The position numbers and the translations under genes are program-made. DNA of 64,000 nucleotides, taken from NCBI RefSeq assembly GCF_009914755.1, contig NC_060928.1, one strand, 5' to 3'. This stretch comes from the human T2T-CHM13v2.0 reference genome, Homo sapiens. The notes beneath the pieces are model-generated. The model saw only the letters and a program-made list of their open reading frames with translations. It did no database searches and had not been told where the DNA came from. Below are positions 52,801 to 64,000 of the stretch, piece after piece. Numbering within the stretch: position 1 is the stretch's first letter; every line of letters starts with the position of its first letter.

Positions 52801-54419
52801 ACCATATTTATAAAAATAGACTACAGAAAACTTGAATTAACAGTAATTCAGCATTCACTCAAATATTTTAAAGATAAGTCTACTGACTTCTCCAGCAAAT
52901 TTGTTAGTATACAAATTCTGCCTAATCTTGCTAAGACTAAAATTCCTATAAACTAAGAACCTTCTTCTATTGAGAAGCTTTACACTTTTTTTTTATTATA
53001 CTGTCTTTTGCTACAGCAAAAATAATCTTTTTTATTTCCTCCCTACTACAGGCATGTTATTCATAGTCTTTAGTTGGTGTTGTTTAGCTCTAGAATATCT
53101 TAAATTCTTTTATTTTTTCGATTCTGGTTCTCTGATAACATTTGTTAATTTGTTATCTGATCATGTATTTTCTTGAACCTATTAATCACCATTATTTAAA
53201 ACTCTATGTTTTATACTTCCGAAATTGAATTTATCTCTGGAGCTACATTAATTTTTAAAACATATTTTGATTTATTTTAATTTTCCATATTTTATATTTA
53301 TATGTTGTTTCTTTAGATACTTGGCAATTGTTGATTAACATGTAAGAGATTTTGAGGAAAAAAATTGTAGATGGTTTGAATCATGTTATTTTCCTTCAGA
53401 GTATGTTCAACCAGAATATAAGGCAGAAAGATCATTGCAATCTAATTAGGAATTGAGCTACCTGGATTGTACTTTGTAGTTTTTGTAAGACTCTATTTAC
53501 CTTTGTTTTATTCTTCCTACTAGAATGTATCTAACTAGGCTTTCAATCGAAAACATCAGGTGTTTAATGTTACTTCTCCTCGTTAATAGATCTTTCTTTA
53601 ACTCTGATTTTTGTCTCTTCAGTATAGTGAAACTATCCAGGAGCCTGCTCTGTGTTTGAAAGACTTTCTTCTTAGATTTTTATCCTCTTTCTCTGAAGAA
53701 CTCCAGAAATCAGTAAATACCTATCATACTCAGTGGAACCAACACTGAAGATCTCAGTTTGAAGCACTGGAGCAGGTTGTTCTGAAAGGTCACCAGGAAG
53801 CTGAAGAAATTCTCAGTTATAGTAAATGCCTTGAGTAGACAAATGTATGCATACTTTATTTGTCCACCAAATTTTTGAAGGAGAGAGAAGACGAAAGATG
53901 TGAAAACAATTATGTAACCTATGAAAGACAGAGAAAGGTATATACTATTTTTAATATTTTTATTTAAGATTAGAAATAGAGAAAACGTACTGCCTCCTCA
54001 TGTATCCATAAGGAATGTGAACTTTTCCTGTACTCTACAATCTCACTACAGCCTCTTAAATTGATTCTCCAGAGGTGAGGAGGAATATGTGATTGATCGA
54101 TAAGAAGCTGAATTTAACCTGGCTATGTACTCACCCTTTGGTGGTGTAGATTTATTGAATATAAAGACACATGATAAGAGGTCTAGCCTCATAGTCTTGA
54201 ATGTCAGTTTTCACACCAAGCTGATGGTCAACCTGGAGACTATACCTAGGGTCACATGGCCCACCTTAGCAATCCAACTTAAGTGAGCCAGAACAGAAGA
54301 GACTTTCCCTAGATCACATATTAAGCCCCACTTCTAAAGCAGAAACAGTTCATTAGGCATTCCATAAAATTTCATTCTTTTGGATTTTCTGCTCAACTAG
54401 TGGGAAAATCAAGTTAGGT

Positions 54420-54485
54420 ATGGAATGTGGAAAGGGTTACATGGCAGGTATATCAGTCAGGCTTCTCCAGAGACACAGAACAAAT

Positions 54486-54516
<31 letters not shown>

Positions 54517-55077
54517 TTATTTTAAATAATTGGCTCACACAATAATGGAGGCTAGCAAATCCAAAATCTTTATGGTAAGCCAGCAGGCTTGAGACCCAGT
54601 GAAGAATTAATGTTTCTGCTGAAATCCAAAGGCCATCAGGAGGGGAGAATTCTGTCTTGCTCGGGAGAGGTCATTATTTTGCTCTATTTAGGTCTTCAGC
54701 TAAATGGATGAGGCTCACTCACATTTTGGAATGCAATCTGCTTTATTCAAAGATCACTGATTTAAGTGTTACTCTCATCCAGAAATATTTTCACAGAAAC
54801 ATTCTGAATAATGTTTGACCAAATATCTGGGCACCTTGGCCAAGCAAGTTGACACACAGAATTAAAGATCACAGCAGAGAACTGTGGGAAGCCTCTCAGC
54901 TATTTGCCAGCAGCCTTGGGAACTGGCAAGAGGACCTTGAGCCTTAGATGAGATTGTAGCCCTAACAAAACGGTGTCCAATTTACAGACCCACAGAAACT
55001 GGGCGATAATAAATGTTTGCTATTTTAAGTCACTAAGTTTGTGGTAATTGTTACACAGTAAATTAAAACTAATATAA
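54420..55077 (+). mobile_element. MLT1E-like LTR, 3' part, split by an MLT2 LTR
   Basis: ggaaagggttacatggcagg | gcagagaactgtggg...gacccacagaaactg...ttttaagtcactaagtttgtggtaatt...aaaactaatata. Confidence 0.75.
54449..54873 (-). mobile_element. MLT2 (HERV-L) solo LTR containing (GA)n
   Basis: tatatcagtcaggcttctccagagacacagaac...aagttgacacacagaattaaagatcaca; TSD gcagg/gcaga. Confidence 0.9.
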
Positions 55078-55885
55078 TATCTAATCTGATTTAGCCATTA
55101 TAACAAGGAGTTGAGATCAAGCAGATGGCTTTCAAAGTAAAATCTAGCTCTAAAATTCATGAATTGTATGATCTGACAATAAATGCATTTTAAGTACTAA
55201 CTTAATAAGTAGATCACTCTAAAATGCATTGAATTCCAGGATATTTATTTAGCCTATATTAAAACAAAGAAATTCCAGAATAATAAGTTATAGATAGATA
55301 CGTTACTTGAGTTATAGATGAATACAATGTATTATGAATACAAAATACTTTAATATCTTTAATTCACATTTGGAACATGGCAACCAAAAGGATCATAAGC
55401 CAATCAAATCACAGTTTGAAGAAATGTTTATGAGAATAAAGTATGTATCATTCTCTGTGCTCAATACAGATATTTCCACAAAAATGGAATCTTGTTATGC
55501 CATTTCTAAAGCTCATTTCAATGATTGGGAGAGTATAAAATCAAGATAGAAATGTTGTAATTTAGAAAGCAGGCTTGTAAACTATTAATCTGTCATTTTT
55601 AAATATTTAATTTGATTTTCAAATTATTACTGATTCCTTTTTACAGTAAGAAATTTCTCCTGTCAAATAACCCTGATAATCAGTCATAATTCTACATATT
55701 CACAAATTAAAACTAATTTTCTGAGAAAAAAATATGTAAGAAAAGTGGGCACAAATTGTTCTTCTTTAGAGAGTTTTAGGAAAAGATTTATATTCTATTT
55801 CTAGCAAATTCTTTTAGAAAACGGTATAATTATTGCTTCATTATATATTGTTAACTGTATGTAAATAGCTGTTAATTTGGCTCAT

Positions 55886-56230
55886 TATATGTGTGTATAT
55901 GTATATATATAATATGTATCTATACCTCTAGATAGATAGATAGCTCAGCTGTTTTTTCTCTTTCTTTCTTTTTCTTTCTCCCTCCCTCCCTCCCTCCCTT
56001 CCTTCCTTCCTTCCTTTCTTTCGTTCTCTCTCTCTCTTTCTTTCTTTCTTTTTTTTTGACAGGATCTCCCTATTGTGCCCAGACTGGTCTTGGACTCCTG
56101 GACTAACATAGATAGACAGATAGATAATACAGAGATAGAAATAGATATAGTTATGTAGAGAAATTTTTTCTCTCTACATATATATATATATATATCATCT
56201 ATCTATCTATCTATCTATCTATCTATAGAG
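55886..56230. repeat. Compound microsatellite block: (TA)n, (GATA)n, CT-rich (CCCT/CCTT)n, short antisense Alu/FLAM stub (~56050-56102), (TA)n, (TCTA)n
   Basis: Direct reading. Confidence 0.85.
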
Positions 56231-56841
56231 AGACTTTTCTGTAGAACATGTCGAATAACAAAAGAAGGTTAGAATATTATGAAATAATGAAGAAACACTT
56301 TTAAATTATCATACAAATAATATTCAAATATATTTATATGTCATCTTATTATCCTTTTAAGGATTAGTGGAATCAGAAGGCATAAATTTACACTATCAAA
56401 AACTTTGGTGTCTTTGAGCACCCCTCTCCAATTATCTTTTTGGACAATAATAAAATGGATCTATTTTAATATTTTACTTGATTTTCAAGATATCACTATG
56501 AAGAGCCTGTGATTTTATATGATTTTTGGATCACATGCAGAACCATCTGAAGAGTCCCAGGTAGGAAGAATGAGGAACTAAAATTTTTCATGGGCTCTTA
56601 CCTAAGTTCTCACGTTCTAAATAGAATTTAAGCTCCTTAGATTCTTCCTGAGAATGAAATGTATCATTTACAGTGTAGGCTTAAATCTCCTGCTGTCTAC
56701 ACCTCTGGAAGATCTTATGCATCTTAGTAGCCACCTCAGTGCTTAGCATACAGTGGACAGTGAAAACATTCTGGATGACTAATTCTTGTTTTACATTTTC
56801 ACTATATTACATTTCATTAAATGTATGTATAATACAAACAT

Positions 56842-57032
56842 GGTCGATTTTGTCCCCTGGAGGACATGTGACAATTCTTTAGACTGTTCTGAATATCATA
56901 AATATGCAGGTACCACTGACATGTAGTGGAGACCACAAATAATGCTAAACACCCTACAATGTATAAAATTGTCCTCTAATGCAAAATTATCTGGTCCAAA
57001 ATGACAAGAGTGCCATGGCTGGGAAACTGCTA
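56842..57032. mobile_element. MER20 hAT-Charlie DNA transposon
   Basis: gattttgtcccctggaggacat...atgctaaacaccctacaatg...aattatctggtccaaaatgacaagagtgcca...gaaactgct. Confidence 0.8.
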
Positions 57033-58051
57033 AAAAGAAAGAAAAGTATAAAATTATTTAATTGCTTGCAAAAGATAGACAGGATTGGGCAAAATATTTA
57101 TTAAATGATAATAAAAATGCACTTGGTTCATTAGGCATTCTTTTCTTGAATTAGACAGACAATTTTGTATCAACGCTACTTGATTTCCTCAACTCCCTGA
57201 ATCTGTTCAGCTGTAGATATAACATTTCAGAAAAAAAACGTTAAATGTAAGGATGATGAAAATGTAGTAGAAATGGAGAATGCATTGGCAAATCCTCTAA
57301 TTCTAGAATGACAAAACAGTTCTGATTGCCCTGATGAGAGATTAATTGAAAATGATTTGGGTCGAAAAATAAGATAATTTATTGATATGAATATGCTAAT
57401 ATGAATAATTTGGTATTCACAGCAATAATTTGAGTGCTGTGGCTTTTATGCTGAAAGTTTCCCATTAAAATGTGAATCTAAAATTTTGAATGGCTTATAA
57501 TGTAGTGAGAACTCATGACTACATGACACAGATAAGCTATTCTAAGGGGTCTTTTCAGGGACTCCAAATAAAATTAGACTCAGCAGGATCAAAGCTAGAA
57601 ATTTGATTAGAAATATAAATAGCCCAATCCAAACTCCTTTTATTTGAAATAGTTGTATAGTATTACACAACCATGGAGCACTTCTACTTAGTTATAGACA
57701 CGATACATAAAGGAAATTCCAACATTAGTATTTTCCAGTTATTCAAGGACAAGATTCAAAATACAAATTTAAACAGACATTTCTTATCTCCGTTGTCTCT
57801 TATTTTAAAGGAAGAAATAGTAAGCTTATGTTTAATATTTTATTTGAAACATGAATTGCTGCAATTTGAATGTTAAGATGAGGTTATTTTGAAGTCAGAA
57901 GTGGTGTCACTTGTTACTTTATGCCTAGTAGGTAGCACACTGCCTGACACAGTGTCAAGTATTTAAATTAATGATGATAATCATGTTCATTCTGCAAAGA
58001 CTCATCTGCAATTGATATACTTTATACATTTAGAGATTTTTTAAAATGCTA

Positions 58052-58382
58052 TTTTATTTTATTTTTTTGAGACAGCGTCTCGCTCTGTCACTCCGGCTGA
58101 GCGCAGTGGTGTAATCATGGCTCGCTGCAGCCTTGATCTCTTGGGCTCAGGCAATGCTTTCACCTCTGCCTTCCGAGAAGCTGAGACCACAGGAGTGCTT
58201 TACTGCGCCCAGCTAAGTTCTTTGTTTGGTTGTTTCGTTTGTTGTTTTGTTTTGTTTTGAAGAGACAGGGTCTCCTTATTTGGCCCAGCTGATCTTAAAC
58301 TCCTGGGCTAAAACGATCTTTCTGCCTCAGACTCTCAAAGTGCAAGTGCTGAGATAATATCTGTGAGCCACCACACCTGGCC
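58052..58382 (-). mobile_element. AluJ
   Basis: J-type atcatggctcgctgcagccttgatctcttgggctcagg; expanded (TTTG)-rich middle tract. Confidence 0.92.
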
Positions 58383-60639
58383 TAATTTTGTTAGTATGTT
58401 TGCTTGTTTACTTATTCACAATAGCCTTAGCAATGATTAACGTTATTTTTACTTTTCTCCTTGGTTTATGGTAGGCCAAAGCTGGTAGCTGATTGCCTGT
58501 CTAGTTCATTTATTCCATGATTTTCTTGCTAGATGTTATGTGGTTATACCAAGCTACAATAAACAGATTCCCAATAATTTTGTTTTACATTATGGAGTCA
58601 TTTATTTTATTCAATTTTAGAGTGCCTGGCATGTTTATAATACTTATGAATATAAATATGAGTAGAATAACCCTAGGATCATAATGAGGTTCACTGGTAT
58701 ACCCAATGTCAGAATGTTTCAAGTACTATTTCAACCATAATATTTTACTATATGGTTCTTGAAACCAAATATCAAAATCAAAAGTTGAAACTGCTCTAGG
58801 ACCTTGTGAAGACTGCATGAATAACTACCTCTTGGAGTGGTTAACTGCTCTATAAAGAAAACAGTAGAAAAAACATTATGACTGACATTATGCCTTTTGC
58901 TTTAGACACGCCTATATATACAGACACATATATATATACAGATATATATATGTGTCAGATATATATATCTTTATCGTTCATCATATTTATATATGAGATA
59001 AAACGTTACACGATCAATGTTACACTATATGAGATAAAATATATAAAGAGATAAAATGGTTGACATAGAGTCATAGGCAGAAGATCTATAATTTTTATTG
59101 TCATTATCTCCTGACATTTGCAAAAGAGAGAAAAGAGAGAGAGGATACATTGCAACCCCATTTCTTTCCTTACTCCCTAGTTTTGGAAAGGATTTTTGAG
59201 AATGCTACTGGTTTAGAAACTTTACTAATGTTTGTTCCTAATAACCTAATTGAAAGAAAAATATAGCCAACTAAAAATTATAATTGAGGAACAATAGAGG
59301 CATTCCAATGACATGACACAAACTAGATACTTTACAACTCATTGGGGCTCAGTGGGATAAGAGATTAACTTTGCTTGCCATGATATATCAAAAGAGAAAT
59401 GGTTCATAGTGTTACAGTATTAGAAATTAACTGACACAATTTTGATCACTGGTCAAGAGTGATAAAAAGGATCTTTATCATAAAAATTCTGCCATTAGTA
59501 CGGTGAAAGGTATGTAAGATTTTCTAGAAGGCCAGACACCAGATGAGAAGGAGTAGTTAATTATAAGTGCATTGGACATTGTTCTCCCATATGGATGTTG
59601 TCCTCCCATAAGAAATCTATTATATATTTAGAACAAAAGGAGATGATAGGAAGGGGAATTTCTTTGCAGTCCAATAACCACATGGAGACTCAAATGAATG
59701 CTGATAGAAAAGAACACTGAGTAATTATATTTACATTTTCATCATCCCTAAATCCTAATGAAAAATTGCTTATACTTCTCATTCATGTTATGAAACCTCT
59801 TGGAAGTGTCTTAACACCTTGAAACTATGAGACAAAACTATAATAGTATAAACGTGTAACATATAAAAATTGGTAAAAATTTGTGGATCCCTTAACAGAA
59901 GAGTATTATCTGGTTCTAAAGGTTGGAATATGGATGTATAAATGAGAGTGATTCAAAGGTCACAATAGAAAAGACTGGTAAAATTTGAAAAATTAAAGGG
60001 GTAGCTGATTCAGGTTAGTCAGTCGTGATGACTTGGGATCTTCAAGCGGCACTTACAAGAAACTTTTTCCGTACATAAAGTGAATCTAAAGAAGGGAGTT
60101 ATAAGAGAAGTGAAATCTCTTTTGAACTGACTAGGATTTGAGCCAGTAAGAAGGCAGTTAAAGGGAGTTTCGAGGCCTGAGACACAGGTAAAAAGAAATA
60201 AACCTCATTAAGGGGGTCAGGTTCCTTTAGGGAGCACAGAAAGTTTTGACCTTGAGCTATAGCCGATATACCTGGGAAGAATGCCAGATGGACTTTGTTT
60301 CACCAATGATCAATGCAGCAAAAGAATGGTGTTAACTTCAACAGGGGTTGGATGCAAAGGTGAACTCAGTAAATATAACCCGAAACCCCTGATCAACATG
60401 TGTAGTTGAGTCAAGTTGAAAAACAAAATTATATCATGCATTCTTAAGCATTTTGTAGCTCCCAGTGTAGAAGAACAGTATCTCTCTAACCTAAACGTTT
60501 TGCTAGAAACACTGCCAAGGCAATATATTAAATTAAATGTGTTAGAGACTAGGCTCTGCTCCCATTATAAGGTTCCAACTTTTAGAGAGAAGACTTTCAA
60601 AAGGAGACAGTAGAAAAGTGCTAGGGTTACAACACAATG

Positions 60640-60830
60640 GCAATCTTAATTGAATTCTTCCTACTTTTTAGGCAATGTGTTAAGTGTATTACATACATTA
60701 TCTGATTTAATCATGTCTACAGAATTGTATTTGATGTATGAAAAATATAAGGCTTAGAACAATGAAGTATAAGTCCAAAATCTCAAATACTTTTAATGAC
60801 AAATATGGGATTAAAAGCGAAGTACATCTG
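60640..60830 (-). mobile_element. MIR SINE
   Basis: aggcaatgtgttaagtgtattacatacattatctgatttaatc...gaaaaatataaggcttaga. Confidence 0.6.
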
Positions 60831-62218
60831 ACGAAGTTGGCTAACCTCCGGTTTATAGTAACCAAAGATAAACTGTATGAATTTATGGGGCACTGATCTG
60901 TAGAAAATGTCAGCTAAGCAATGTACCTGTCAAAGTATGAAATGGAGATATTTCATGACCAAAACAACTCCCTTCTGTATAGAGTGATCAGACATAGAAC
61001 TTGTTTGCATTTGCAGTTGATGCCTTCCTCTGCTTTGTCAGTGTTTCATAATTAATTGCATCCTTCATCTAGTTAGTAAAGCTTACTGGGAAAGATCTGT
61101 GATTTTCTGACTCTCTAATAATCTGATCTTTGGTATGAACTCATACACTGCTTATGGTCAAAATTTTTCATATATGAAAATGTAATGGTGTGATGCTTTG
61201 ATAGGCTACCTAAAGAGTGAATATGAAAAACTGCAAACTTGAGCACTTAAGATTATATCCAGGATACTCTTGCCAGGATAAGGAAATGGTGATATTGCTT
61301 AAATGGCTATGTCAGTGTTAATGTAGGAAACACATAGGATGATAATGCTGTCTAGAATGACATCCCCCAAGCAAACACTGAACACATAAAGGTGGATGTT
61401 GTGCACATTGCAATAATTGGTATTATTTTTCTCTGACTTCACATGGGAGGCAAAAGTTAGGTCCTCAGTTCTTGGTGTCAGTCTAAGAGGCAGTGAGCCA
61501 TCAACCTTATGTGTCAGAGAATGAGATGTGGTATTTAACTGTATTTCATTTTGAACATTCCTTGTGTAGACCCTGCTGCTTGTGGCTGTTAATTCTTTTT
61601 TTAAACAAAAGACGACTTGTAACTATCATCTATTGTTAAGTTGCTCATATTTTTGAAACAATACCAAAGAGCTTTTAATATGGTCTAGGTTTTACAGTTT
61701 AAAATATTTCAGCCAATTTTTGAAAATTTAAACTGACTGACATTTCTGTATAGGGTGTTATTTTTGATTTTTTATAAAAATAATCTTAACTGTTTCCTTA
61801 TCTCACTGTTTCTCAGTGTTTTACTCTGGCCCTCAATTAATCAATATCTTCTTTCTGGATGTTAATGACCCTATCACAATCCACTGTCCTGCCCACTAAC
61901 TTGAAAATATTTTATTTTCATCTTTATAAATTGTTGAGAACTCTTAAAATCTTTCAAATATTCTTTATAGATCTTACACCAAAATTCATTAAAATGTTCA
62001 GACTTGATTTTATTTATTGTCATTTTAATATAAAGAGGCAAAGATTAATATTTAAAGACTGGCAATATTCTATCTCTTTCAAATTCATAGTATAGTAATG
62101 TAGAATCTAGAGACTATAATCCATAAACACCTGACTTTGAAAACTAAAATCAGACTTTGTTGGAGAATATAGAAGGTGAAGGTGATAATTTCCAGCTAGA
62201 TGTGTAAAGAAAGTATCA

Positions 62219-62551
<333 letters not shown>

Positions 62552-63494
62552 TTACATGCATATTTTAGTTTTTCAGGGGGCCAGAAGCAGTCTATAAGAC
62601 TAGTGATATTTTTAACTGTAATCGTTTCTCTTCTAGTGTACCAAATGAGACATTATGGCACCAATGTAGACGGAAAACTGCAGTCATCATAGTTTTTGTT
62701 TGTTTAACAAGAGCAGAAATACACATTTTTAAAATGACAACATAATTTGTTTTCTTTCCTTGTATGTATGTATGTATTTATTTTTGGTACACATGTAGTC
62801 ATATTTGAATAAGTTGAAATAATATAATTTTACGGCAAAATAGATACACTTTTCTTAAATTCATTTTTAATGTTTTTTAAAGTTTTTAAGGAAAATTGTT
62901 TGTTAATTTTTTAAGCTATACTACATAATTGTTTATTTGCATCACAATGGAGTTTCAAGTGTTCAGGTGATTAAATGCATTGTCCTTTGAGGAACAGAAA
63001 ACCTGAAACACAGCTGTGCCACTTCCTTAGACTCCTAACCATACAGTGAGGGGGGAAAAAAATGAAACAAACAAGAGAAGCCTACCTTCATAAAATCATC
63101 AAAGCCAACTGAAGACAAATAAATTCAGAAAGAAAAGAAAAGGAAACATCTTCCGCATTTGGATAGGGTTAGGTTTGGAAAGCTTGCTATGAAATAAATG
63201 TTGATTCTCATTGGATACTTTTTTCCATTAGGCTGGGTGGCTTCAGGCTTAGTTGTAGGCTCCACTTTATGTTTTTTTGTTTTAAATCTCCTTAAATTCC
63301 AGTAGACAGATTTATGTTAAATATAAACCTATATTTTTACATTTTCTATATATATATTTCAGTATGTATTTATTGAGAACTATTTTAAGCCAGGGAATTG
63401 GGCTTGAAAATAACATTAAAAACTAATATTAAAGAAACACTTAATATTTGTCAAGCTTATATTTTACTGGCATTAATTCATACCCTTATTGTGA

Positions 63495-63640
63495 AAACCT
63501 TTAGAGGTAAATGCCATTGTAACCCCATTTTAAAGATAATAAAACTGATTATCAGATCATTTATAAATTATTTGTTCATCAACACAGTAAAACCTTGGCA
63601 GGAACAAGTTTCAAACCCATGCATGCTATTTTAGAACTTT
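63495..63640 (-). mobile_element. MIR SINE
   Basis: aacctttagaggtaaatgccattgtaaccccattttaaagataataaaactga...tttcaaaccca. Confidence 0.6.
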
Positions 63641-63685
63641 GCTCTTACCTAGAGAACAAGACACAGTTGTCAAAAGATGGCTCTA

Positions 63686-64000
<315 letters not shown>

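Noticed and set aside
59900-60620. Purine-rich stretch that might be a processed pseudogene or viral insert
   Set aside because: I recognise no protein motif, poly(A) tail or TSD; most likely a very old repeat that cannot be assigned without a Dfam or tblastx search.

Overview
This is AT-rich primate (human-like) genomic DNA from an intergenic region or large intron. I can support no intact protein-coding gene: the long ORFs in the track are decayed transposon reading frames (L1 ORF2, Tigger transposases), Alu/LTR antisense artefacts or chance ORFs. A large part of the window is interspersed repeat. That includes about a dozen Alus (J, S and Y), L1PA and old L1M pieces, L2 and MIR, MaLR LTRs (MST, THE1B, MLT1), ERVL pieces (MLT2, LTR16, LTR33/41-like), ERV1 LTRs (MER52, MER67-like), an ERV2 solo LTR (MER9/HML-3) and DNA transposons (Tigger1, Tigger2, MER5, MER20, MADE1). 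Family names come from my recall of consensus sequences, not from a database search. I found no convincing new biological system. The best signals are fossils of mutational mechanism: a probable ~480-bp L1 3' transduction nested in Tigger1, an Alu with an internal duplication whose two copies appear to come from different subfamilies, a 36-nt U2 snRNA retro-fragment ending at the branch-site recognition sequence, an 88-bp tandem duplication whose differences fall in a quasi-palindrome, and a template-switch-like perfect hairpin. There are also a few well-formed candidate exons, probably non-coding.
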